Of a stretch of 64,000 nt of DNA, positions 12,333 through 19,758 are shown piece by piece (position 1 is the first letter of the stretch; every line of letters starts with the position of its first letter). The notes beneath the pieces are model-generated. The model had not been told where the DNA came from and made no database searches. It saw nothing but the letters and a program-made list of their open reading frames with translations. Position numbers and translations under genes: made by a program. The DNA is from Actinomycetales bacterium (GTDB taxonomy: Bacteria; Actinomycetota; Actinomycetes; Actinomycetales; CAWJMD01), in NCBI GenBank assembly GCA_047974565.1, contig JBKECN010000055.1:19839-83838 (forward strand), read 5' to 3'.

Positions 12333-13283
12333 TCAGGGAGCCGGCTTGGCCAGGTCCGCGATCGAGGTGAGCCCGTAGGTCTCGGCGGTCTCGCGGGTGA
12401 CGACGATGGCGTCGGCATCCTGGGCCTGCGACTGCGCCAGGACCGTCAGGCCGTCCGGCAGGGCCTCGGTCAGCGCCGTGTAGACCTCCTCGGAGTCCAC
12501 TGCGGTGGCGTTCGGGTTGAGGTAGCTCAGGATCGTGCCGCTGTACTCGGGCATCAGGTTGATCGAGCCGGCCTCCAGGGCGGGGTAGTACTTCTCCCGG
12601 CTGCCGATGTTGAGCTGGGTGCTGACCTCGGCGCCCTGGGCCCGCAGCGCCTGGGCGTAGATCTCGGCCAGGACGACGTTCTCGGGGAAGTTGGCCGAGC
12701 CGACGGTGAGGGTGACGCCCTGCGCTTGGGTGCCGGCGGCGTCCAGCCCGTTGTCGGCCAGCCACTGGGTGGCCACCGCGGAGGCGTCCTGCTTCTCCTC
12801 CTGGACCTTGGTGAGCATGTCGATCAGGCCCTCGGTGGTGAGCTTGGCCGAGACGGCGTTGAGGGTGCTGGTGACCCCGTCGGTGGCCAGATCCTTGGTG
12901 ATGATCGGCAGCACGTTCTGGGCGGCGAAATTGTTCTCCGGGTCGGTCAGTACGACGAAATCGTTCGCCTTGATCGATGGATCCGTGGTGAACAGGTCGG
13001 CAGCGTCGATCTGCCCGTTCTTCAGGGCGTTGACGGTGACCGGACCCCCCGTGTCGGTGACCGTGTAGTTGCCGAACACCACGCCGTAGTTCTTCTCCAG
13101 GCCGGGCAGGCCGTCCGCGCGGGTCTTGAACTCCGGCGGGCCGCCCATGATCAACTGCGAGGCGATGGTGCCGTCGGCGCTGGAGGCCGATCCGGAGGAT
13201 GTGGTCTCGGCACTGTCCGTGCAGGCGGTGAGCGTGGTCGCGAGGGCGAGCACTGCCGCCCCCACCAGAAGTCGGGTCTTCAT
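12333..13283 (-). CDS. glycine betaine/choline-type ABC transporter substrate-binding lipoprotein (OpuAC/OpuBC family)
   Basis: 316-aa ORF with a lipoprotein signal and lipobox (LATTLTAC). Family-level resemblance to OpuAC. It lies in an operon with two permeases and an ATPase. Confidence 0.8.
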   Translation of the reverse strand: MKTRLLVGAAVLALATTLTACTDSAETTSSGSASSADGTIASQLIMGGPPEFKTRADGLPGLEKNYGVVFGNYTVTDTGGPVTVNALKNGQIDAADLFTTDPSIKANDFVVLTDPENNFAAQNVLPIITKDLATDGVTSTLNAVSAKLTTEGLIDMLTKVQEEKQDASAVATQWLADNGLDAAGTQAQGVTLTVGSANFPENVVLAEIYAQALRAQGAEVSTQLNIGSREKYYPALEAGSINLMPEYSGTILSYLNPNATAVDSEEVYTALTEALPDGLTVLAQSQAQDADAIVVTRETAETYGLTSIADLAKPAP

Positions 13284-13488
13284 CCGTGGGCCTCTCCGTG
13301 ATACCGGCCGGCCGGTGAGCCGATCGGAGGCGTGTGACGCGGGTCGCCGGCCGCGCCGGTGGGTGGTACCCCGCCGAGCCGAGGGTCGTGGTGCTGCAGG
13401 ACGGTCCCTGCGTGGAGGTGATGGTGGATCGGCGGCTGAGTGAGGTGCAGAGTTGGGTCAGGGTATCCGGCGTCCGGTCGGCGAGCGG

Positions 13489-14247
13489 TCACTCTACGGC
13501 CATCGGGCGGCGCAGGCCCAGACGGGCGCGCAGCCCACGGCGCGTATCGGGCTCGAACCGCCCGGTCAGCCCAGCCGAGACGGTGTGCCGCTGGACGTAG
13601 GCGAGCAGGCCATCGGCGAGCAGAGCCAGTGCCGCGACCAGGACACCACCGCTGATCATCTGTGGATAGTCCTGTTGGGCCAGGCCGTCGTAGATGAACC
13701 GGCCAAGACCCCCGAGGGTGACGTAGGAGGCGATGGTGGTGGTGGCGATGACCTGCAAGGTGGCCGAGCGCAGCCCCGAGAAGATCAGCGGCAGGCTGGT
13801 GGGGAACTCGACCCCGGTGAGCACCTGGCGCCCCGTCATGCCCATGCCATAGGCGGCGTCGCGCACCGCCGGGTCGACGTTGTCCACACCCGCGAACGTG
13901 TTGGACAGGATCGGTGGCACTGCCAGCAGCACGAGCACGATCTCGGTCGGAATGAGATAGCCGATGTTCGTGCGGCCGTAGAAGTTCGGGGCGATGATCA
14001 CCACGAGCAGCACGAGCACACCCACGGTGGGTAGCGCTCGCAGCGCGTTCGCCGTCGACACCAGCCAGCGTCCCTTGCCGGTATGCCCGATCAGCAGGCC
14101 CAGCGGCAGCCCGATGAGCAGTGCGATGACCAGGGCGATGAGCGAGAACTCCACGTGGGCGCCGAGTTGGGCCCAGATGCCGGGCTCGAACTGGCTGCCC
14201 CGCCAGTGGGCGCGGTCGCCCAGCCAGTAGGCCACGTCGATGATCAT
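13489..14247 (-). CDS. ABC transporter permease (osmoprotectant/betaine type)
   Basis: Hydrophobic ORF 13489-14328. The start is set at the ATG at 14247, which overlaps the upstream stop (ATGA coupling). Confidence 0.8.
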   Translation of the reverse strand: MIIDVAYWLGDRAHWRGSQFEPGIWAQLGAHVEFSLIALVIALLIGLPLGLLIGHTGKGRWLVSTANALRALPTVGVLVLLVVIIAPNFYGRTNIGYLIPTEIVLVLLAVPPILSNTFAGVDNVDPAVRDAAYGMGMTGRQVLTGVEFPTSLPLIFSGLRSATLQVIATTTIASYVTLGGLGRFIYDGLAQQDYPQMISGGVLVAALALLADGLLAYVQRHTVSAGLTGRFEPDTRRGLRARLGLRRPMAVE

Positions 14248-14969
14248 CGGACCGCCCTGCGCCAGGGGGTCAGCGCCCGGTCCATCAGCACGATGAGCCC
14301 GTCCAGCGCCAGCGCCAACAACACGCACAACACGATGCCAAGCACGATCGGTGGATAGTAGGGCGAGGTGGTGGACAGCTTGAAACCGAGGTCGAACAGG
14401 GACCCGAGGTTGGCCATGCCGATGGTGCCGGCGATCGCCACGATGCTGACATTGGCGACCACTGCCACCCGCAGCCCGGTGGAGATCACCGGGACGGCGA
14501 TCGGAAGCTCGACCCGGAAGAAGCGTCCGACCGGTTTGTAGCCCAAAGCGGTTGCTGCCTGGAGAGTCTCACCAGGTACTGCGAGCAGCGCGTCGGCCAC
14601 CACCCGCACCAGCAGGGCCAGTGAGTACAAGGTGAGGGCAATCGGCACCTGAAGGGGCGAGAGCGGATCCAGCCCGAGCAGGGGAGGCACCAGGACGAAA
14701 AGGGCGATCGAGGGGATGGTGTAGAGGACGCCGGTGATGGACATCATCGGCGAGTAGAGCGGCGGATGCCGGCTGGCGAGCCAGCCCAGTGGCAGCGCCA
14801 GGACCAGCCCGGCGACTACCGGCACGATCGACAGCCAGGTGTGCGCCCAGAGCAGACCCAGCACCTCCCCGGAGTGCTGTTGGAAGTAGGCCCAGGTGCC
14901 CAAGGGGGAGGTGTCCACCGGGCCTGCCGCCAGCACGATGCCCGGGATGAACCCGGTCAGGTCAGGCAT
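14244..14969 (-). CDS. ABC transporter permease (osmoprotectant/betaine type)
   Basis: 241-aa multi-pass hydrophobic ORF that overlaps the ATPase stop. Confidence 0.8.
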   Translation of the reverse strand: MPDLTGFIPGIVLAAGPVDTSPLGTWAYFQQHSGEVLGLLWAHTWLSIVPVVAGLVLALPLGWLASRHPPLYSPMMSITGVLYTIPSIALFVLVPPLLGLDPLSPLQVPIALTLYSLALLVRVVADALLAVPGETLQAATALGYKPVGRFFRVELPIAVPVISTGLRVAVVANVSIVAIAGTIGMANLGSLFDLGFKLSTTSPYYPPIVLGIVLCVLLALALDGLIVLMDRALTPWRRAVR

Positions 14970-16062
14970 GACCGGCTCGTCGGGTGGCTTCGATGCTCTC
15001 CATCACATTGCGGACGTCGAGGGTGCCAAGCAGGGCGCCGGAACCGTCGATGACGATTCCCCGGCCGGACGGCGAGGACAGGCACGAATCGAGGGCCGAG
15101 CGCAGCGACCCGCCCTGGGTGAACACGGTGCCACCCCGGTTGAGCAATGCCTCGGTGACGGTATGGCCGGTGCGCACCGTGTCCAGGTTGAGCCAGCCCT
15201 GTGGGGCATTGGAGGCGTCCACCGCGACGATCCAGGGCCCCGTCTCGCTCGCCGGGGGAATGCCCGCGCCCAGGGGTGCGGTGGCCTCCTCCCGAGTGGG
15301 CAACTCGGCACCGGTGGCGAAGCCGAGCGCCCGGTATCCGCGATCTCGGCCGACGAAGGCGGCGACGAAGGCGTCCACCGGCCGGGCGAGCAGTTCGGCG
15401 GGTGGTGCCAACTGAGCCAACTCGCCGCCGACTCGCATCACCGCGACGCTGTCCCCGAGTTTGATCGCCTCGTCGATGTCGTGGGTGACGAAGACGATCG
15501 TCTTGCCCACCTCGGACTGCAGGCGCAGGAACTCGTCCTGCAGTTGCTCGCGCACCACCGGGTCGACGGCGGAGAAGGGCTCGTCCATGAGCATCACCGG
15601 CGGATCGGCGGCCAGGGCCCGCGCCACGCCCACCCGCTGCTGTTGGCCGCCGGACAGCTGTGCTGGGTACCGCGAGGCGAAGTGCGTCGGCAGGCCGACG
15701 CGCTCCAGAAGTTCCATCCCCCGTGACCGGCTCGCCTTCTTGTCCATTCCGAGCAGGTCGGGAACGGTTGCCACATTCTCCAGAATGGTGCGGTGTGGGA
15801 ACAGCCCGGCGTGCTGGATGACGTAGCCGATCTGACGCCGCAGTTCGTGTGGTGGCAGCGCGGCGGTGTCGGTCTCGTCCAGCCAGATCGTCCCCGACGT
15901 GGGTTCGATCATCCGGTTGATCATCCGCAGGCTGGTGGTTTTCCCGCATCCTGACGGACCGACGAAAACGGTTATCTCACCGTTTGGGGCTACGAGGTCG
16001 AGCTCGTTCACAGCCACTGTTCCGTCGGGAAAGCGCTTGGTGACCTGGTCGAAGCGGATCAC
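14962..16062 (-). CDS. ABC transporter ATP-binding protein with a C-terminal CBS-like regulatory region (OpuCA/ProV-like)
   Basis: Walker A GPSGCGKTT, signature LSGGQQQRV, Walker B VMLMDEPFSAVD, plus about 120 aa of C-terminal extension. Confidence 0.88.
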   Translation of the reverse strand: MIRFDQVTKRFPDGTVAVNELDLVAPNGEITVFVGPSGCGKTTSLRMINRMIEPTSGTIWLDETDTAALPPHELRRQIGYVIQHAGLFPHRTILENVATVPDLLGMDKKASRSRGMELLERVGLPTHFASRYPAQLSGGQQQRVGVARALAADPPVMLMDEPFSAVDPVVREQLQDEFLRLQSEVGKTIVFVTHDIDEAIKLGDSVAVMRVGGELAQLAPPAELLARPVDAFVAAFVGRDRGYRALGFATGAELPTREEATAPLGAGIPPASETGPWIVAVDASNAPQGWLNLDTVRTGHTVTEALLNRGGTVFTQGGSLRSALDSCLSSPSGRGIVIDGSGALLGTLDVRNVMESIEATRRAGHA

Positions 16063-16302
16063 AACGGTCCCTTCGTCCGCCTATGAGATGTGCCTGGATG
16101 GGCACGTTCGTGGTCACCCTAACCGGCGCAGCGGGAACGGTGCGTTTCTCTGGTGTCGGGGTTGTGGATGACGCCGACGTCGGACCGGCGAATTCCTCGG
16201 CTCACAACGGCCCGTTCGGGCATTTCTCCACGGCCGCAGGTGAAATCGGCCTCGTCGACTCCGAGAAATATCAGCCGTAGGGACTATTAATGACTCAAAT
16301 CA

Positions 16303-16370
16303 TCAACCCTGGGGACTACTCGGTATCAACCTCAGGGATTATCCCGGCGAGCCAAATTCAACCCTTGGGA
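16303..16370. promoter_or_regulatory. three direct copies of a 13-mer TCAACC(C)YNNGGGA in an unusually AT-rich divergent intergenic region
   Basis: TCAACCCTGGGGA at 16303-16315, TCAACCTCAGGGA at 16326-16338 and TCAACCCTTGGGA at 16358-16370. Each contains a CCC-N-GGG mini-palindrome. The region lies between the opu-like operon and the SDR gene. Confidence 0.45.
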
Positions 16371-16484
16371 GCACTCATTGGAGTGTCGCCCAGCCCACCG
16401 TCTTCCAGAGGTGGGCGATCAGGGTGGACCCGTACTGTCTGTCCGTGCAGGGGTCCGTCACGGGTCAAGACAGCGGGAGGCGAT

Positions 16485-17399
16485 GTGTACGACATTCCGG
16501 ACCAGCGGGACCGGCGAATCGTGGTGACCGGGGCCAACAGCGGGACCGGCCTGGAGGCCACTCGCCGCCTGGCGCGCGCCGGTGCCCAGATCGTGATGGC
16601 GGTGCGCAGCCTGGACAAGGGCGAGGCGGCTTGCGAGCGGATCCGCCGGGAGATTCCCGGGGCCAGGCTCGAGGTGCGGCGTCTCGACTTGGCCGATCTG
16701 ACTCAGGTGCGGGACTTCTGCGAGGCGCTGGCGCGGGTGGGTGAACCCGTGCACGCGCTGGTCAACAACGCCGGGGTGATGGCTCCGCCGGACCGGATGA
16801 TCACCCGCGACGGTCACGAACTGCAATGGGCGACGAACTTCCTCGGCCCGTTCGCGCTCACCAACCTGCTTCTGCCGGTATTGCTGGCGGCCGATCGTCC
16901 GCGGGTGGTGACCATGTCCAGTTCGGCCGCTGCGCTCGGCCGGATCGATTTCGGCGACCTGGACGCCGAGCGGCGGTACGGCGGGGCCCGCGCATACGCC
17001 CAGTCCAAGCTGGCGGATCTGCTCCTGGCGCTCCGGTTGGCCAGGGTCGCGCACGAGCGCGGCTGGCCCCTGCTCAGCCTGGCCGCCCACCCGGGTTACA
17101 CCCGCACGAACCTGCAGCAGACCGGTCCCCGCCTTGGGCGGGGCCGGGCGACGATCGCCACGCGACTGCTCGATGTGGGCTGGCGGGGACAGGACGTGCG
17201 GGTCGGGGCCGAACCCCTGCTCTACGCGATCGCAGACCCTGGCGCGGTCAACGGGGGCTACTACGGACCCAGCGGTCGGTGGGAGCTGACCGGGCCGACG
17301 GCCAGGGTGCGACCGCCCCGCAGCGCCAACGCTCCCAGCTTGGCCGACTCCCTGTGGGCGGTGGCCGCCGACCTGACCGGAACCGACCTTCCGGCCTGA
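16485..17399 (+). CDS. short-chain dehydrogenase/reductase (SDR) family oxidoreductase
   Basis: The ORF is 16290-17399. The GTG at 16485 has GGGAGG 5 nt upstream. Rossmann motif VVTGANSGTGLE and catalytic YAQSKLA are present. The upstream part of the ORF has low GC3 and contains the 13-mer repeats. Confidence 0.85.
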   Translation: MYDIPDQRDRRIVVTGANSGTGLEATRRLARAGAQIVMAVRSLDKGEAACERIRREIPGARLEVRRLDLADLTQVRDFCEALARVGEPVHALVNNAGVMAPPDRMITRDGHELQWATNFLGPFALTNLLLPVLLAADRPRVVTMSSSAAALGRIDFGDLDAERRYGGARAYAQSKLADLLLALRLARVAHERGWPLLSLAAHPGYTRTNLQQTGPRLGRGRATIATRLLDVGWRGQDVRVGAEPLLYAIADPGAVNGGYYGPSGRWELTGPTARVRPPRSANAPSLADSLWAVAADLTGTDLPA

Positions 17400-17428
17400 C
17401 GACCCGGGCCGGGCCCAGGAGTCTGCGT

Positions 17429-17460
17429 TCACGCGTATCAGGTTTCACGGGTATCAGGTC
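17429..17460. promoter_or_regulatory. two abutting 16-bp direct repeats TCACGCGTATCAGGTT / TCACGGGTATCAGGTC upstream of the flavin reductase gene
   Basis: 14/16 identical, perfectly tandem, 49 nt upstream of the GTG at 17509. A third GTTCAC half-site occurs at about 17481. Confidence 0.4.
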
Positions 17461-17508
17461 CGGCCAGACCCTCTCTTCCCGTTCACATTTGTTCGGGGGG
17501 AGCAGGCC

Positions 17509-18186
17509 GTGGCCAGAGCATCAGGGGTACCCGGATCGCGGCTCGGGGCGCGATGTGCCCGAGCCGACGCAGCGGACACCGTCTCGTCCCTTCCCCGGCC
17601 CGTGTGCCTGCTCGCCGTCTCCAGCCTGTCTGGCCCGCACCTGGTGACGGTGACCTCGGTCAGCGTGGCCGCGGTGGACCCGGTGCTGGTGACCGTCGCG
17701 CTCGGCTCGCAGAGCCGGATGAACGGCCTCATCGCAGCCACGGGAGCCTTCGCGCTGGGTGTGCTCGCCGCTGAACAACGGGAGCTGGCCGAACGCTTCG
17801 CCCGGCCGGGACGCGCGCCGGACCTGGCGCAACTGGACGGCCTGCGCTGGCACTCGACCCCGTACTCGAACTCACCCCTGCCTCAGGCCCTCGTTGCCTG
17901 GCTGGACTGCGAACTGGTCGCCCGCAACGCGGCACCCGGCGTATCGGTGATCGTCGGCCAGGCCCGAGCGGTGAGCGGGGCCGGCCGGGGAACGGGGCGG
18001 CCGCTGCTACGGCTGCGCGGGGAGTATCTGCCGGCATCGGCTCCCGTCCGCTCGTCGAACCACCCGCAGCGTCGTGACTCGACGACGCCGGGCCTGCACG
18101 TGGTCACCGGCGGTGCCGGCGACCGAGACAACCGTTGGAGGGAGGTGAAAAGCCATGAAGAAGATCAGCGTGCGCAAGGTCGGTGA
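17509..18186 (+). CDS. flavin reductase-like (FMN-binding split-barrel) protein with a low-complexity C-terminal tail
   Basis: 225-aa ORF. The core (LVTVTSVSVAAVDPVLVTVALG...AFALGVLAAEQRELAERFARPG...) resembles NAD(P)H-flavin reductase domains. The last ~55 aa look non-domain and overlap the small ORF at 18155. Confidence 0.6.
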   Translation: MARASGVPGSRLGARCARADAADTVSSLPRPVCLLAVSSLSGPHLVTVTSVSVAAVDPVLVTVALGSQSRMNGLIAATGAFALGVLAAEQRELAERFARPGRAPDLAQLDGLRWHSTPYSNSPLPQALVAWLDCELVARNAAPGVSVIVGQARAVSGAGRGTGRPLLRLRGEYLPASAPVRSSNHPQRRDSTTPGLHVVTGGAGDRDNRWREVKSHEEDQRAQGR

Positions 18187-18259
18187 GGTGCGCCTCACCG
18201 CCCGGGCCTGTTACTGCTACTGCTGCTGTTGCTGCGCAGGAAGCGTGCTGGCCCCGTGA
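18155..18259 (+). CDS. 34-aa poly-cysteine small ORF: candidate RiPP/metallophore precursor peptide (or Cys-sensing leader peptide)
   Basis: ATG at 18155 is preceded by GGAGGGAGGTGA (18137-18148). It translates to MKKISVRKVGEVRLTARACYCYCCCCCAGSVLAP with stop TGA at 18257-18259. 28 of 33 sense codons end in G/C, like real genes here. It is absent from the ORF track only because it is shorter than 60 aa. Confidence 0.65.
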   Translation: MKKISVRKVGEVRLTARACYCYCCCCCAGSVLAP

Positions 18260-18265
18260 CCCCTC

Positions 18266-18298
18266 GGGTGGCGGCGGGCCGACTTGCCGCCGCCACCC
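18266..18298 (+). terminator. perfect 12-bp GC stem-loop (GGGTGGCGGCGG-N9-CCGCCGCCACCC) 7 nt after the small ORF stop
   Basis: Read directly from the sequence. There is no U-tract, so it would be a partial terminator, processing/stabilising hairpin, or attenuator element. Confidence 0.55.
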
Positions 18299-18324
18299 TC
18301 CAGCACTCCTGGAAGGCACCGCAG

Positions 18325-19596
18325 ATGGACTCCTCGTTGAGATTTCACCCGCTCACCTACCTCCACGACGGCGACGACGTGGTCGTCGGACGGCGGGACG
18401 TGGATGTCTACGTCGCGCTCCCACCCGAAGGCGCCGAACTGCTGCGCCGACTCGAGGGCGGTACTCGTCCGGAGGTGGCCGCGCAGTGGTTCATCCAGAC
18501 CTACGGGGAGAGCGTCGACATGGTCGACTTCATCGAGGCCATGACCGACGCCGGTTTCGTCGTGGGCGACTCGCAGGGTCACCCGGAGAACGGCTCGGTC
18601 CTGGTTGCCGGGACTGGCTCGGCCCGGCAGGCAGGTGCCGCCGGCGACCCCGCCGTGGTACCGCAGGTGCGCTGGCGTCGACTGGCCTCGGCGCTGTTCA
18701 GCACCCCCGCCTGGATCGGGTACGGGGCACTGGTGATCGCAGCGGTGCTGGCCTGCATCGACTCGCCCTCGCTCATACCGGACCACTCGGATGTCTTCTT
18801 CGTGCCATCGCTGGTGGCCATCGAGGTGATCCTGATGGTCCTGACGATTCCGTTGACGTTGGTACACGAGCTCTCTCACGTCCTGGCCGGTCGCCGGCTC
18901 GGGCTGCGCAGCCGAGTCCGGCTGGCAAACCGCTTCTACTTCCTGGTCTTCGAGACGGTCATGGACGGCCTGGTGAGCGTGCCGCGCCGGCAGCGATACC
19001 TTCCGATGCTTGCCGGGCTGCTGGCCGACATCCTCGTGCTGGCCGGTTTGATCTGCCTGGCCTGGCTGTTGCGTGGCCCGGCCCAGACCCTGCCCGGGGC
19101 CGCGCTGGGGTCCGGCCTGGCCCTGGCGCTGGCCTTCACCACGTTGCCCAGGATGGCCTGGCAGGGGTACTTCTTCCTTCGCACGGACGGCTACTACCTG
19201 GTGGCCACGGTCACCGGTTGCCAGAACCTGCACGAGGCGGCCTGGTGGCGGGTCCGTGGCTGGGCGTCGAGGCACACCGGCAGGCGCATCCCGCCCCCCG
19301 ATGCGCGCTCAGATCAATTCAGTGCCAGGGACCTTCAGGTATCGCGCTGGTATGCCCCGCTGCTGCTCGGCGGCTACCTGCTCGCGCTCATCACCCTGTT
19401 CGTCGTCGTCCTGCCGCTCGCCTGGACCTTCTTCTCCCTGGCGTTCACCCGGGTCGGTGCCGGGCCGTCCGCAGGATCGGCCGGCTTCGTCGATGCCGCC
19501 GTGGTGCTGGCCATCACCGCCGGTCAGCTCCTGGCGGCCGGGGTGCTGGCATTGCGGGGCCGGCGCCGGCGAGACAGGGCCGGGACCAACGGCTGA
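18325..19596 (+). CDS. fusion protein: N-terminal PqqD/RRE-like peptide-binding domain plus multi-pass membrane HExxH metalloprotease (M50/YydH-like)
   Basis: The ORF is 18229-19596. The ATG at 18325 has GGAAGG 8 nt upstream. Residues ~5-80 (VYVALPPEGAELLRRLEGGTRPEVAAQWFIQTYGESVDMVDFIEAMTDAGFV) look PqqD-like. HELSH is at nt 18865-18879 inside a TM helix, with several further TM segments and an FFLRTDGYY motif. Confidence 0.7.
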   Translation: MDSSLRFHPLTYLHDGDDVVVGRRDVDVYVALPPEGAELLRRLEGGTRPEVAAQWFIQTYGESVDMVDFIEAMTDAGFVVGDSQGHPENGSVLVAGTGSARQAGAAGDPAVVPQVRWRRLASALFSTPAWIGYGALVIAAVLACIDSPSLIPDHSDVFFVPSLVAIEVILMVLTIPLTLVHELSHVLAGRRLGLRSRVRLANRFYFLVFETVMDGLVSVPRRQRYLPMLAGLLADILVLAGLICLAWLLRGPAQTLPGAALGSGLALALAFTTLPRMAWQGYFFLRTDGYYLVATVTGCQNLHEAAWWRVRGWASRHTGRRIPPPDARSDQFSARDLQVSRWYAPLLLGGYLLALITLFVVVLPLAWTFFSLAFTRVGAGPSAGSAGFVDAAVVLAITAGQLLAAGVLALRGRRRRDRAGTNG

Positions 19597-19758
19597 GCGC
19601 AGCGATCGGCGTCCTCGGCTTCAGGCAGCAGATCCCGGTCGACGCGGCCACGGATCCGGGAGTGCCCGTTCCACGAGGAAACGTCAACGACTCCAGGGCA
19701 ACCGGTTTCACACCCGAGAACAAAAACTGACAGTCAATCACCAAGAAGGAGAACGATT

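Noticed and set aside
16290-16484. ATG at 16290 as the start of the SDR gene.
   Set aside because: The first 65 codons have roughly 50% G/C at third positions and consist of the 13-mer repeat region. The GTG at 16485 has a GGGAGG RBS and sits just before the Rossmann motif.
18155-18259. Interpreting the poly-Cys peptide as a lanthipeptide, thiopeptide/LAP or sactipeptide precursor.
   Set aside because: The core has no Ser/Thr to dehydrate. No LanB/C/M/KC, YcaO/cyclodehydratase or radical-SAM gene is present anywhere in the window.
18229-18324. TTG-initiated N-terminal extension of the PqqD-protease ORF, which would overlap the poly-Cys ORF.
   Set aside because: The extension reads through the Cys-run DNA in another frame and through the 12-bp GC palindrome, giving ...AAGRLAAAT.... 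It has no RBS, whereas the ATG at 18325 has GGAAGG 8 nt upstream and begins the PqqD-like domain.
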